DNA of 64,000 bases from Clostridia bacterium (lineage in GTDB: Bacteria; Bacillota; Clostridia; SK-Y3), in contig JBFWMP010000001.1 of NCBI GenBank assembly GCA_050251575.1, forward strand, positions 7,913 to 71,912, read 5' to 3'. Every line of letters starts with the position of its first letter. Positions within the stretch are counted from its first letter, which is position 1. A program made the translations under genes and the position numbers. The notes below the pieces were generated by a model that saw only the letters and a program-made list of their open reading frames with translations, was not told where the DNA came from and searched no databases. Positions 40,446 to 50,059 of this stretch are shown here, piece by piece.

Positions 40446-42452
40446 TCAGCTCTTTTCACTCATCTCACTAAAATATTCTTCAATTGCAGTTCTAAGTTTT
40501 TTCTGAGCCATTTCCACCGGTATCTCCGGAAGCTGTGCTCCTGCAACTGTCAAATGCCCACCACCGCCTAACTTCTCAAGAATTACCTGAACATTAAGAT
40601 CTCCTAAAGATCTCCCACTAATAATAGTTTCTCCATTTACATTGCACATCACAAACGAAGTTGTGATTCCAGTTATATTCAGTAACTCATCCGCAGCCTG
40701 TGCGATAACAAGCTGAGCATCTTTAGTATTTTCCGGACATATGGAAATAGCAATATTCCCATTAAATATTTCTGCCGCCTTAATCGTATTCGCTTTGGCA
40801 ATAAACGTGTCTAAATCACTTTGAAACAATTGCTTTACGGAAGTAGTATCTACACCCATTCTCCTAAGATAGGAAGCAGCTTCGAAAGTCCTCACACCTG
40901 TCTTAAATGAAAAATTTTTGGTGTCTACTGCAATGCCAGCATAAAGAGCTTCTGCTTCCATAGAGCTTAATTTTACCTTTTCATCTATATATTGAAGAAT
41001 CTCGGTAACCATTTCACAAGCTGATGACGCATATGGCTCATGGTAAGTAAGTACTGCATTCTCAATAAACTCAGCACCTCTACGGTGATGATCAATCACA
41101 ACCACATTATGTGTCCTTTTTAATAATTCAGGACATTCGGTAAAACTGGCACGATGAGTATCTACCACTATGACCAGCGTCTTCTCTGTAACAATATCTA
41201 ATGCTTGATTTTGAGAAATAAATACATCATTATACTCTTCATCCTTCTCCAATCTTAACAGCAAGTTATTAACTGTCGGATTAAATGAGTCTAAAATGAT
41301 ATACGCATCTTTATCCTTATACCGGACACCTCTATATAAACCAATGGAAGCACCTACTGAATCTATATCTCCATGCTGGTGACCCATAATAATAACCTGA
41401 TCTGCCTGAGAGATCAATTCTCTAAGTGCATACGCCACCACCCTCGCTTTTACCTTGGTCCGTTTTTCCAACTCTCTTGTCTTTCCTCCATAAAATTTAA
41501 GATGTTCCCCATCCTTGATCACAACTTGATCTCCGCCTCTTCCAAGAGCAATATCAATAGCAGCTCTTGCATAGGTATCATTTTCAAGAATGGTCTTACC
41601 ACTCAGCCCAATCCCTATACTCAAAGTCACCTGAATTTTATTTCCTGTATTAATTTCTTTTACGTTATCTAATATATCAAACTTCTTTTCTTCAAACTTA
41701 GACAGATATTTAGTCTCAAATATAAAAAGATATTTATCCCTTTCGTATTTTTTTATGGAACCATTAGTAAAAGAAACCCAGTTAGTAAGCCTTCTGTCTA
41801 TCTCTGCTAAAACTTGCGGTCTATTTGCATCATCAGTATTTTGGATTACCTCGTCATAATTATCTATCATAATAATGCTTTGAATAATTTTCTCGTCTTT
41901 ATACTGTCCCTCCAACATAATCATCGCAGTGTTGTCAATCCAATATAATATAATCATATAATCAGACTCAAGCGTGGAATCTTTTTTTACTGCATTTCCA
42001 ACAATACGAAAGTGCCTTCCATTATAATACAGATCGAGAGACATGTTATCCTGACCTTCAACAATCTTTGGTACTTGAAAATCCTTGATAAAATGTTGTA
42101 TAGGTTGTTCAAAAAGTTCTTCATTATTAAATATTTCACCAAAACTTGAATTATACCATGTAATAATACCATTGAGCTGCAATACAACCATAGGCAAAGG
42201 AAAATGCAGCAAGGTATCTTTGGTTGCAGAATCTACATAAAACGAAAGATTCTCAATATATTTTGTAACTTCTTGCATTTTTAAGCTTTTGTTTCTAGCA
42301 TTATAATATAACAGATAGCAGAAAATAATAATTCCTATTATTGCTTCAACCCAGTGACCATAAACTGCAATAGCTCCTATTGAAATAAATATAATCCACA
42401 GATAAAGACTAACTCCGGGAATCAATATTCCATCAAATTTTTTATTATCCAT
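40446..42452 (-). CDS. gdpP: c-di-AMP phosphodiesterase GdpP/YybT
   Basis: Two TM, PAS, degenerate GGDEF (GGDQV), IDHHRR DHH, GGGGH DHHA1; canonical yybS-gdpP-rplI-dnaB order. Confidence 0.95.
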   Translation of the reverse strand: MDNKKFDGILIPGVSLYLWIIFISIGAIAVYGHWVEAIIGIIIFCYLLYYNARNKSLKMQEVTKYIENLSFYVDSATKDTLLHFPLPMVVLQLNGIITWYNSSFGEIFNNEELFEQPIQHFIKDFQVPKIVEGQDNMSLDLYYNGRHFRIVGNAVKKDSTLESDYMIILYWIDNTAMIMLEGQYKDEKIIQSIIMIDNYDEVIQNTDDANRPQVLAEIDRRLTNWVSFTNGSIKKYERDKYLFIFETKYLSKFEEKKFDILDNVKEINTGNKIQVTLSIGIGLSGKTILENDTYARAAIDIALGRGGDQVVIKDGEHLKFYGGKTRELEKRTKVKARVVAYALRELISQADQVIIMGHQHGDIDSVGASIGLYRGVRYKDKDAYIILDSFNPTVNNLLLRLEKDEEYNDVFISQNQALDIVTEKTLVIVVDTHRASFTECPELLKRTHNVVVIDHHRRGAEFIENAVLTYHEPYASSACEMVTEILQYIDEKVKLSSMEAEALYAGIAVDTKNFSFKTGVRTFEAASYLRRMGVDTTSVKQLFQSDLDTFIAKANTIKAAEIFNGNIAISICPENTKDAQLVIAQAADELLNITGITTSFVMCNVNGETIISGRSLGDLNVQVILEKLGGGGHLTVAGAQLPEIPVEMAQKKLRTAIEEYFSEMSEKS

Positions 42453-43428
42453 GTTTCTCTCCCTTATGCTTTAACTTTCTAAAATCAAGAGTACTGTCCA
42501 TTAAGGTCAAAACAATAAGAACATATATCGGATGCAATATAGGAATAACAACTGCTATTATTACCATAACGCCAAGACCTATCATATATAAGATGGTTCT
42601 AATCAGACCGGGAATACCTTTCTTCTTTAAGAAAAAATCTAGTATAGAAACACCACAAACCATAAAAATCATTGCCAAAATCAGCGAAATATTAGCAAAT
42701 GCTGCTGAAAATGGTATGGATGTTATCAACATAGATAAAACAAAAGAAACTAAAAAAACAAAAGTAGTTTCTCTGTTTACCCCTAATTCTGAAAAGGCCG
42801 GCATATGCTTATAATCATAGCCAAACCGGGTTAGCAACGCTTTAGATAAATTCAATGCAATAAATCCGAAAAAAGCAGATGAAATAATAAAAAACCCGGG
42901 AATCAAATAAGTAAACAAGTCCTTAAACACCTTCAAGTTATCTGTTGAAATCTGCACATCCTTGAATACTTTATTCATTTCTTCAACACTTCTATCAAAG
43001 TCATTCAGGTATTGGCCTATCATCGCATCGATCTGATTAACTCCTTTCATATTACTAATAATAAAGATAATTAATAATAATGAAAAAAGGTACGCACCGG
43101 ATGAAGATATCAATACCTTTTGGAAGTCCCATCTCCGTTTCATACCATACCCTAACACTAAACCTGGAAAAGAAAACCTCATCGCAGTGATAGAAGCAAA
43201 CACAATCTCATTTGTAAGCAGGAGAATGAAAAAGTAAGCTATGAATGCTGAAAGAACAGCTGTCTTCTCATTATTCCTCACAGTAATAATCACCAGTGGT
43301 ATAGTACTTAAAAATACTGTATAAGTCATCCATGCTGGAATATAATACCCTATGATAACAAGAATAACTGTAATACCAGTAAGATAAGCTGTTTCCAACA
43401 GCCTTTTTATATTAAATTTATGATTCAT
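42445..43428 (-). CDS. yybS: YybS/DUF2232 membrane protein
   Basis: Polytopic membrane protein ending in DFRK, directly upstream of gdpP. Confidence 0.8.
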   Translation of the reverse strand: MNHKFNIKRLLETAYLTGITVILVIIGYYIPAWMTYTVFLSTIPLVIITVRNNEKTAVLSAFIAYFFILLLTNEIVFASITAMRFSFPGLVLGYGMKRRWDFQKVLISSSGAYLFSLLLIIFIISNMKGVNQIDAMIGQYLNDFDRSVEEMNKVFKDVQISTDNLKVFKDLFTYLIPGFFIISSAFFGFIALNLSKALLTRFGYDYKHMPAFSELGVNRETTFVFLVSFVLSMLITSIPFSAAFANISLILAMIFMVCGVSILDFFLKKKGIPGLIRTILYMIGLGVMVIIAVVIPILHPIYVLIVLTLMDSTLDFRKLKHKGEKHG

Positions 43429-43480
43429 TGTAAGAACTCCTTTTGTTCCTTCTACCCTACTAATAAGTGCACTGTCCCGG

Positions 43481-43846
43481 CTATCTATTGGACTGATTTC
43501 GCTTATTAGTATCCCGCGCGAAATTTAAGTGTTTTGATAGTTCGGATAAATCATTATAATATTTTTCTAATTCATGACCTTCTATAATCCCTAATCTTAG
43601 TTTATCCTCCATTTTCAAATCCACTGTATTATAACTTACTCCTAACCTTTTTGCTAATAAATAGCATATGACAATCAGATTAGAAATAGTTTCTGCCAGC
43701 ACATCCTGCGCTCCATCTTTTACCCCATTCATCAAGTGCTTGAAAAGTGCAGCGACATCCGTTAAAAGTTCACTTTTCAGCCATTCAATCATTTTAATAT
43801 TACGAGTTATATCAATATCCCTGTCAAAAGGAGACATGCCGTTCAC
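43481..43846 (-). CDS. MazG-like family protein
   Basis: DITRNIKMIEWLKSELL...YLLAKRLG...LEKYYNDLS; conserved clostridial position upstream of yybS. Confidence 0.75.
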   Translation of the reverse strand: MNGMSPFDRDIDITRNIKMIEWLKSELLTDVAALFKHLMNGVKDGAQDVLAETISNLIVICYLLAKRLGVSYNTVDLKMEDKLRLGIIEGHELEKYYNDLSELSKHLNFARDTNKRNQSNR

Positions 43847-43901
43847 CTCTTTGCTATTTAAAACCCTAGTATATTATACCATTCAGTCAAACAATTTACA
43901 A

Positions 43902-44729
43902 TCAGCAATCATAGTTCTCTACTGCATATGAGCCTAACATCTTAAAAAAGGATGTCTTCTTCTTAATCATGGTTAAAGCATCCTGCACATCCGATTGTTG
44001 CTGTTCACCCTCTATATCTACAAAAAATATATAATTCCCCAAGCTATTCTTCGCCGGTCTTGACTCAATCCGTGTCATATTGATATCCCAGAGATTTAAT
44101 ATCTGCAACACCCTATATAGACTTCCCGGCTTATTATCAGTGGAAAAGATCAAAGATGTCTTGCGCTGGTTTTGCTCATTGAAATACTCGGGAGTCACTA
44201 CGATAAAGCGTGTGACATTGCTGTTATTGTCTTGTATAGAATCATGAAGTATCTCGAGATGATATTCCTTTGCAGCTTTTGGAGCAGCAATGGCAGCCCA
44301 GTCTTCATCAGATGAAGCGATCTGCTCCGCAGCCTGTGCCGTACTATATGTATAATGTATAGGAACATCCGGGTAGTACTTATTCAAGAAGTTTCTACAC
44401 TGTCCTGCCGCCTGTGGATGTGTCAATATCATTGATATTCTGCCACAGTGCCCCTGCGAAACCATAAAGCTTTGTCTGACAGGAATAATAATTTCTTTTT
44501 TTATTTTCAAATCCACGTCCCAAGCCATCATATCCAAAGTAACATTTACAGAGCCTTCGATAGAATTTTCTATCGGAACAATGCCTTCCTCCACTTCTCT
44601 CGCTTGGACAGCACGAATCAACTCTGCAATGTTAGTATATTGAACCAGTTCAATATCAGTATTGGCTGTGTAAGCTTCTGCTGCCTGCTGTGAGAAAGTA
44701 CCCCTCGGCCCCATAAAACCTAATCTCAT
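43902..44729 (-). CDS. pheA: Prephenate dehydratase (start ATG 44729)
   Basis: GPRGTFS, VPIENSIEG, HPQA, NVTRF, INMTRIESRP ACT domain. Confidence 0.95.
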   Translation of the reverse strand: MRLGFMGPRGTFSQQAAEAYTANTDIELVQYTNIAELIRAVQAREVEEGIVPIENSIEGSVNVTLDMMAWDVDLKIKKEIIIPVRQSFMVSQGHCGRISMILTHPQAAGQCRNFLNKYYPDVPIHYTYSTAQAAEQIASSDEDWAAIAAPKAAKEYHLEILHDSIQDNNSNVTRFIVVTPEYFNEQNQRKTSLIFSTDNKPGSLYRVLQILNLWDINMTRIESRPAKNSLGNYIFFVDIEGEQQQSDVQDALTMIKKKTSFFKMLGSYAVENYDC

Positions 44730-44847
44730 ACCTGCATACTCCTTTATCAGTGATAATATCCATTTTATATTCATATTAAACGCTTGTCAAACCTTTTGAT
44801 TTTGCCAGCTGCTTGTTAAAATAAGCGAAATAAGTTAAAATGCCAAG

Positions 44848-45000
44848 GAAACCACTGAAAAAGTCAAATTCCGTTGAAAATTCCCCGAGATGTCATCCTG
44901 AACGTAAGTGAAGGATCTTAGCACTTAAGCAACTTTTAAGATTCTTCATTTCACTTCGTTTCATTCAGAATGACACAAGACGGGCTTTTTTAGTGGTTTC
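44848..45000. mobile_element. MITE-like element, copy 2 (153 bp)
   Basis: GAAACCACTGAAAAAGTC...GGCTTTTTTAGTGGTTTC; shares an identical 42-bp central stretch with copy 1; sits between hairpin arms AATAAGTTAAAATGCC and GGCACTTTAACTTATT. Confidence 0.85.
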
Positions 45001-45025
45001 CCAGGCACTTTAACTTATTATAATA

Positions 45026-45055
45026 ATAAAGCCAGCGCAGTTGCGCCGGCTTTAT
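45026..45055 (-). terminator. rpsR terminator
   Basis: ATAAAGCCAGCGCA-GT-TGCGCCGGCTTTAT. Confidence 0.75.
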
Positions 45056-45057
45056 AA

Positions 45058-45342
45058 CTATTCAGAAGTATATGGCAATAAGGCAATGTGTCTTGCTCTC
45101 TTAATAGCTTGAGTAAGCTGTCTTTGGTGCTTTGCACAATTACCGCTGATTCTTCTTGGAAGAATCTTTGCTCTCTCAGAAATATATCTTCTTATTTTAG
45201 ATATTTCTTTATAATCTATTGATTCAACTTTATCTACACAAAAACTACAAACTTTCCTTTTTGCTCTTCGTCCTCTGCCTCCGCGTTCTCCACGTTCACC
45301 GCGTTCTCCACGTTCGCTTCGTTCTCTTCTTTCAGCCATCAT
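45058..45342 (-). CDS. rpsR: 30S ribosomal protein S18 (Zn-ribbon type)
   Basis: [30 protein letters not shown]. Confidence 0.98.
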   Translation of the reverse strand: MMAERRERSERGERGERGERGGRGRRAKRKVCSFCVDKVESIDYKEISKIRRYISERAKILPRRISGNCAKHQRQLTQAIKRARHIALLPYTSE

Positions 45343-45372
45343 TCAACCTCCCTGCATCAAAATTCTGTCCCT

Positions 45373-45798
45373 TTAAAAGGGAAGATCATCATCCGAGTCT
45401 ATCGGTGTAAACCCATCTACATCTGCTGGTTCATTCCCACCAAAGCCTGTATTCATTCTGCTGCTGCTATCACTATCTCGTTTACTATCTGCAAAGTAGG
45501 TTTCATCTGCAATGACTTCAGTAACATATCGTCTCTTACCTTCTTGGTCATCCCAAGTCCTAGTTTGAAGGCTTCCAACTACAACAATCATTCTACCTTT
45601 GGTAAAATACTTGCTAACAAACTCTGCACTGTTTCTCCAAGCCACAACTTGGATAAAATCAGCCTGTTTTTGTTCTCCCTGTTTTACAAAGTTTCTATCA
45701 ACAGCAATTGTAAAGCTGCAAACAGCAACATTACTAGCTGTATAACGAAGCTCCGGATCCTTGGTTAGTCTTCCCATCAACATTACCTTGTTTAACAT
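45373..45798 (-). CDS. ssb: Single-stranded DNA-binding protein
   Basis: LNKVMLMGRLTKDPELRYT, acidic DDDLPF tail. Confidence 0.98.
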   Translation of the reverse strand: MLNKVMLMGRLTKDPELRYTASNVAVCSFTIAVDRNFVKQGEQKQADFIQVVAWRNSAEFVSKYFTKGRMIVVVGSLQTRTWDDQEGKRRYVTEVIADETYFADSKRDSDSSSRMNTGFGGNEPADVDGFTPIDSDDDLPF

Positions 45799-45825
45799 TT
45801 TTGTCACCTACCTGCTCGTAAAATA

Positions 45826-46122
45826 TTATTCGTCTTTCTTAATAACAAGTGCTCTCATAATACCTTCAGTAATCTTGAAAATTCTCTCAAGTTCCTGTAT
45901 AAATGAAGTTTCTGCACTGAAATTAATCAAAACATAGTGCCCTTCATTCAAATCATTGATTGGATATGCAAGTCGTCTCTTACCCCATTCATCTACATTT
46001 TCAACTTGACCTGCAGATTCAATTAATGATTTAAACTTCTCAACAAGCGCTGCAATTTCTTCCTCGCTTCGGTCAGAATTGATGATGAAAAGAGTTTCAT
46101 ACTTGTTTACGACCTTAACCAT
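45826..46122 (-). CDS. rpsF: 30S ribosomal protein S6 (start ATG 46122)
   Basis: KYETLFI, WGKRRLAYPI; AGGAGG SD. Confidence 0.97.
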   Translation of the reverse strand: MVKVVNKYETLFIINSDRSEEEIAALVEKFKSLIESAGQVENVDEWGKRRLAYPINDLNEGHYVLINFSAETSFIQELERIFKITEGIMRALVIKKDE

Positions 46123-46128
46123 TATATT

Positions 46129-46180
46129 CACCTCCTTTTGGACTGTGGCCCTAACTGTTATGCTAGAGCAAGGATTATTA
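46129..46180 (-). ncRNA. S6:S18 autoregulatory leader RNA
   Basis: Minus strand CCTTGCTCTAGC...GTTAGGGCC-ACAGTCCAAAAGGAGG: hairpin plus CC element before the SD, in the expected rpsF position. Confidence 0.7.
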
Positions 46181-46214
46181 TTGTACATATACTACAACAA
46201 TCTTACAAACAAAT

Positions 46215-46243
46215 ATTATATTCGATTGCAAGATTATTGTCAA
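46215..46243 (-). promoter_or_regulatory. Consensus sigmaA promoter of rpsF-ssb-rpsR
   Basis: TTGACA (46243-46238)-17-TATAAT (46220-46215). Confidence 0.8.
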
Positions 46244-46265
46244 GAGAATTGCAATCTTTAATTAA

Positions 46266-47117
46266 TTATGCCTTGCCCGAACACCCAAATAGCTTCATTT
46301 TAGCTTTTACTACTTTTTTCATTTCTTCTTTTGCCGGACTGCAAATTTTTCTCGGATCGTATTCTTCGGGTTTATTCGCAATAACAGACTTTACCCCTTC
46401 GGTAAAAGCCACCCTGACATCAGTATCTATATTAATCTTATTTACTCCAAGCGTAACTGCCTTTTTAATTGCATCTTCCGGAACTCCGGATGCACCATGA
46501 AGAACAATAGGAATATTTACTAACTTTTTAATAGTATCAAGTCTTTCTAAATCCAGTTTAGGTTCCCCTTTATATTTCCCATGAGCTGTACCAATGGCAA
46601 TTGCAAGAGAATCCACACCTGTCTCCTTCACAAACTTCACTGCTTCATCAGGATGTGTAAATCTGGCATCCTTTTCATCAACGCTAATATTGTCCTCCAC
46701 ACCGCCTAATCTCCCTAATTCAGCTTCTACGGAAACACCACAAGCATGAGCGATTTTAATGATTTCATTTGTGACTGCGATATTTTCTTCTATTGGATGA
46801 TGAGAACCATCAATCATTACAGAAGTCCATCCATTTCTGATACAGCCGACAATGGTCTCATAAGTAGTTCCATGATCCAAATGAAGTGCTACCGGCACAC
46901 TTGCTTTTTGTGCAGCAAGCTGCACCATAACACTAAGAAAGTCAATTCCAGCGTATTTTATTGCTCCTTCTGATGTCTGGATAATTACCGGGGATCTTTC
47001 TTCTTCAGCTGCAGCAATAACAGCCTGGAGAATCTCCATGTTGTTAACATTAAATGCTCCTACCGCATAACCTTCTTTATGAGCCTTATCCAATATTTCT
47101 TTTCCCGTTACCAGCAT
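46266..47117 (-). CDS. fba: Class II fructose-1,6-bisphosphate aldolase
   Basis: YAVGAFNVNN, LHLDHG, SVMIDGS, IGTAHG, LHGASG, YDPRK. Confidence 0.93.
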   Translation of the reverse strand: MLVTGKEILDKAHKEGYAVGAFNVNNMEILQAVIAAAEEERSPVIIQTSEGAIKYAGIDFLSVMVQLAAQKASVPVALHLDHGTTYETIVGCIRNGWTSVMIDGSHHPIEENIAVTNEIIKIAHACGVSVEAELGRLGGVEDNISVDEKDARFTHPDEAVKFVKETGVDSLAIAIGTAHGKYKGEPKLDLERLDTIKKLVNIPIVLHGASGVPEDAIKKAVTLGVNKINIDTDVRVAFTEGVKSVIANKPEEYDPRKICSPAKEEMKKVVKAKMKLFGCSGKA

Positions 47118-47128
47118 TACATTACCTC

Positions 47129-47866
47129 CTAAGTATGTTGTTTTATGTTATATTCAAAACCAGCCATATTACTAGTATGTCTGTTTTTTTTGCTTACATG
47201 ATGTAAAATTGATTCTTTAGATATCATACATGAAACAGCCTGACAAATGTCCTCGGAAAGTATAATGCTATTGCGTTGTAATGTCAGTTTTAAATCCTGA
47301 TTTGTACAGGCTCTGATGATTTCATAGGTAAAGCACTTATTGCACATAAGCTCTACCCTGTCATACAGTATCTGCAAATCAATATCCTGACTTCCACATT
47401 GACAAAACAAGTTTTGTCTTTCTGCTACATCATGAATTTTATCAATAGTACGCAGCATAACTGCACTATTGGCAAAATTATCATCATATCCTATATCCTC
47501 CATCAACTTATCCATCCGCATTTCATAAGAATCCACTGCCTGCCTGACAGCACTATCATTTCCAAAATAGCATAGTTCTAACTTATTTTTGGCACATTTA
47601 AAATGCATTATTCTTTTAAGCCAAAGTTCCTTAAACTTGACAGTATACGTATGAATAACATTACAAGCAATGCAAGGCACACTCAGCGTGCATAACCCAT
47701 CTTTTTTTATTGAAATTTTAACAAATGATCTTTTGCAATTGCATTCAATAGTATGTTCTTTTTTACCTGAGAAATCAAAGAGTGAAATATTATGAAATTC
47801 TATTGAACCGCAAACAGGGCATTTATATGCAATTGTGCTACCCCATTCTAATATCAATTGCCCCAC
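47129..47866 (-). CDS. Conserved hypothetical Cys-rich (multi Zn-ribbon) protein
   Basis: CPVCG, CNC, CIAC...H, CQCG, CNKC motifs. Confidence 0.7.
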   Translation of the reverse strand: MGQLILEWGSTIAYKCPVCGSIEFHNISLFDFSGKKEHTIECNCKRSFVKISIKKDGLCTLSVPCIACNVIHTYTVKFKELWLKRIMHFKCAKNKLELCYFGNDSAVRQAVDSYEMRMDKLMEDIGYDDNFANSAVMLRTIDKIHDVAERQNLFCQCGSQDIDLQILYDRVELMCNKCFTYEIIRACTNQDLKLTLQRNSIILSEDICQAVSCMISKESILHHVSKKNRHTSNMAGFEYNIKQHT

Positions 47867-47957
47867 CTCACTCTAATCAAAATATTGTTTATATCTATAA
47901 TATTCTTCATTGAAGAAAAAAATCCTTCTTCATAATGAAAAAAGTGAGGGTTTCATA

Positions 47958-48683
47958 TCATAAGGTAAAAGTTACAACTATTCCATATATAATCGGAATA
48001 AAAATAGAAGGAAGCAAATTTCCAACCTTAATCTTCTTTATTTCCAGCATAGTAAGACCAATGCCAATAATGAGGATGCCACCGACCGCCGACATTTCAA
48101 TAATTATCCAGTCTATCAATAATGGTTTCACTAGTGAAGCAAGAAGTGTGATCGCCCCTTGATACACAAAGACCGGCACAAAAGAAAATAATACCCCAAA
48201 ACCAAGCGTGGACGCAAAAATTACTGCAGATACGCCATCTAAAACAGACTTCGCATAAAGAATGCTTGGGTCATGATTTAATCCATCCTGAATAGAGCCC
48301 ATAATAGCCATAGAACCAACACAATATACCAAACTTGCAATAACAAAGCCTTCAGCGAACGTGCTTACTTGTCCGTCCTTATGTACCAACAGTTGAATCC
48401 ATTTACCAAACTGCTCTAGTCTTGCTTCAACATCAATCCATTCTCCTATAATTCCTCCAAGTACCACGCTAAAAATCATTAGCAGAAGCATTTCCCCACG
48501 AAAGCCCCCGGGTCTTGATGCAGATAATCCCTCTAATGCCATCGACAGTCCTATTACAACTACCGCAAGCGCAATACCCTGCATAATTGTATTCTTATAT
48601 CTTTCTTTTATAACGCCACCAACAGTTGCTCCTATCAAACCACCGGCAATAATTGCTCCGGCATTTACTATCGTACCTAGCAT
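47958..48683 (-). CDS. DUF554 (YdfK/YqgA-like) membrane protein
   Basis: MLGTIVN, GGIIGE, CVGSMAIMGS, AKSVLDG, KVGNLLP. Confidence 0.85.
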   Translation of the reverse strand: MLGTIVNAGAIIAGGLIGATVGGVIKERYKNTIMQGIALAVVVIGLSMALEGLSASRPGGFRGEMLLLMIFSVVLGGIIGEWIDVEARLEQFGKWIQLLVHKDGQVSTFAEGFVIASLVYCVGSMAIMGSIQDGLNHDPSILYAKSVLDGVSAVIFASTLGFGVLFSFVPVFVYQGAITLLASLVKPLLIDWIIIEMSAVGGILIIGIGLTMLEIKKIKVGNLLPSIFIPIIYGIVVTFTL

Positions 48684-48736
48684 AACCTCTCCAACCCCTT
48701 CAATGATAAATACACAATCAAAATGTAAAATTATTT

Positions 48737-49618
48737 CTATTTTCCTATTTTCATCTCCCTTGCATAGTAAAACAAATACTGCTGTGCAAAGCCTGCCAAA
48801 TTCCCAAAATGTTCATCCGAATATCTATGAACCTCTTTTATGGCAGGATCACTTCCAAGATAAAAATATCCCATGACTCTCCTCACCCATACATCCGTAG
48901 GAAAAACATCATATCTTTGTAAAGAAAACAAAAGGATACAGTCTGCTACCTTAGGACCAATTCCTTGGATCTTCATTAACTCTTCTCTTATCTTTATGGT
49001 TTCAAGGCCCTCAAGAGCATTCAGCACTACTTGAAATTCTATAACAGCCTTTGCAGCGTTTAGTATATACTTGCAGCGATAGCCACTTTTGCAAAACGCC
49101 ATATCTTCCAGTGTCTTTTTGTATAAATCTTCAGGCTGCGGAAAGCTATAGTAAACTTTGTTACCAAAATAGATAGGCTGCCCATACTTCTCACTGATAC
49201 TTTGAATTATCTTCTTGATTCTGGATATGGTGTTGTTTGATGAAATGATAAAAGAAATAAGGCATTCCCATAGCTCCTGCTTCAATATACGCATACCCCA
49301 TCCAAACTGTACTGCCTGATGAAGTATTTTGTCCTTGCTTAATTCGCCTTTAATCATGCTATAGTCCCTATCCAAATCAAAATATTTTCTCCAGACACCT
49401 TCAAACTCTTCTAAATTTGCATTATTTATGGTAAGTCTATCTTGCTGCATCCATATATTAATGACCTTTCCAAAAGCAACACCGGTATAACTCCCATCCT
49501 CTTCTTTATTCCAACGAAAACATTGCCCACATTCAAATATATGAGAAAGATTAAAATCCTTCACACCTTCTACAATCACCTGCTGCTCATCTTCATAAAT
49601 TTTATAGTCTTTTCTCAT
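48737..49618 (-). CDS. 8-oxoguanine DNA glycosylase (Ogg1-type HhH-GPD)
   Basis: IFECGQCFRW, FIISSNN, GIGPKVADC, FPTDVW, AGFAQQYLF. Confidence 0.9.
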   Translation of the reverse strand: MRKDYKIYEDEQQVIVEGVKDFNLSHIFECGQCFRWNKEEDGSYTGVAFGKVINIWMQQDRLTINNANLEEFEGVWRKYFDLDRDYSMIKGELSKDKILHQAVQFGWGMRILKQELWECLISFIISSNNTISRIKKIIQSISEKYGQPIYFGNKVYYSFPQPEDLYKKTLEDMAFCKSGYRCKYILNAAKAVIEFQVVLNALEGLETIKIREELMKIQGIGPKVADCILLFSLQRYDVFPTDVWVRRVMGYFYLGSDPAIKEVHRYSDEHFGNLAGFAQQYLFYYAREMKIGK

Positions 49619-49797
49619 GTTGATTACCTCGTTATCTACAATTCCCGGTTCACAGTAGATAGAATACCCTATATGTATTATTCCTAATAGAACTACGAAT
49701 AATATTAAATAATATATTATAAAAATAAAATTGTTTTCACCATCCGAGTATAGACTGCTTCTAATACAAGCGGCGTTGTTAGTTATGAGATGGAAAC

Positions 49798-50031
49798 TTG
49801 AAAATGGAGGAAACAGGCATCAAAACAATTAACATTACAATCGATACCCATACTCTTTATCAAAAAGATATACAAAGAATCATTAACAAAGTAACTTCTT
49901 TAAACAGTATCGGCAAAGTACACTCTTCCGGGAAAGCCCTTATAATCTCTTTTGATGCAAGAGTGACGAGTACAGAAGTAATTCTCGATGCCATCAAAGA
50001 ATTTCACTATAAAATAATAGATTCAAATTAA
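49798..50031 (+). CDS. Small HMA-like protein lacking the CxxC motif
   Basis: 77 aa; C-terminal pattern ISFDARVTSTEVILDAIKEFHYKI resembles HMA folds; followed by a palindromic terminator. Confidence 0.5.
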   Translation: MKMEETGIKTINITIDTHTLYQKDIQRIINKVTSLNSIGKVHSSGKALIISFDARVTSTEVILDAIKEFHYKIIDSN

Positions 50032-50057
50032 GATAGTATACTATCTTAATTTGAATC
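50020..50057. terminator. Perfect 38-bp loopless palindrome between convergent genes
   Basis: GATTCAAATTAAGATAGTA|TACTATCTTAATTTGAATC. Confidence 0.8.
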
Positions 50058-50059
50058 CT

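Noticed and set aside
45278-45332. Repeats at the rpsR 5' end
   Set aside because: Encode a low-complexity ERG-rich N-terminal tail, ordinary for S18
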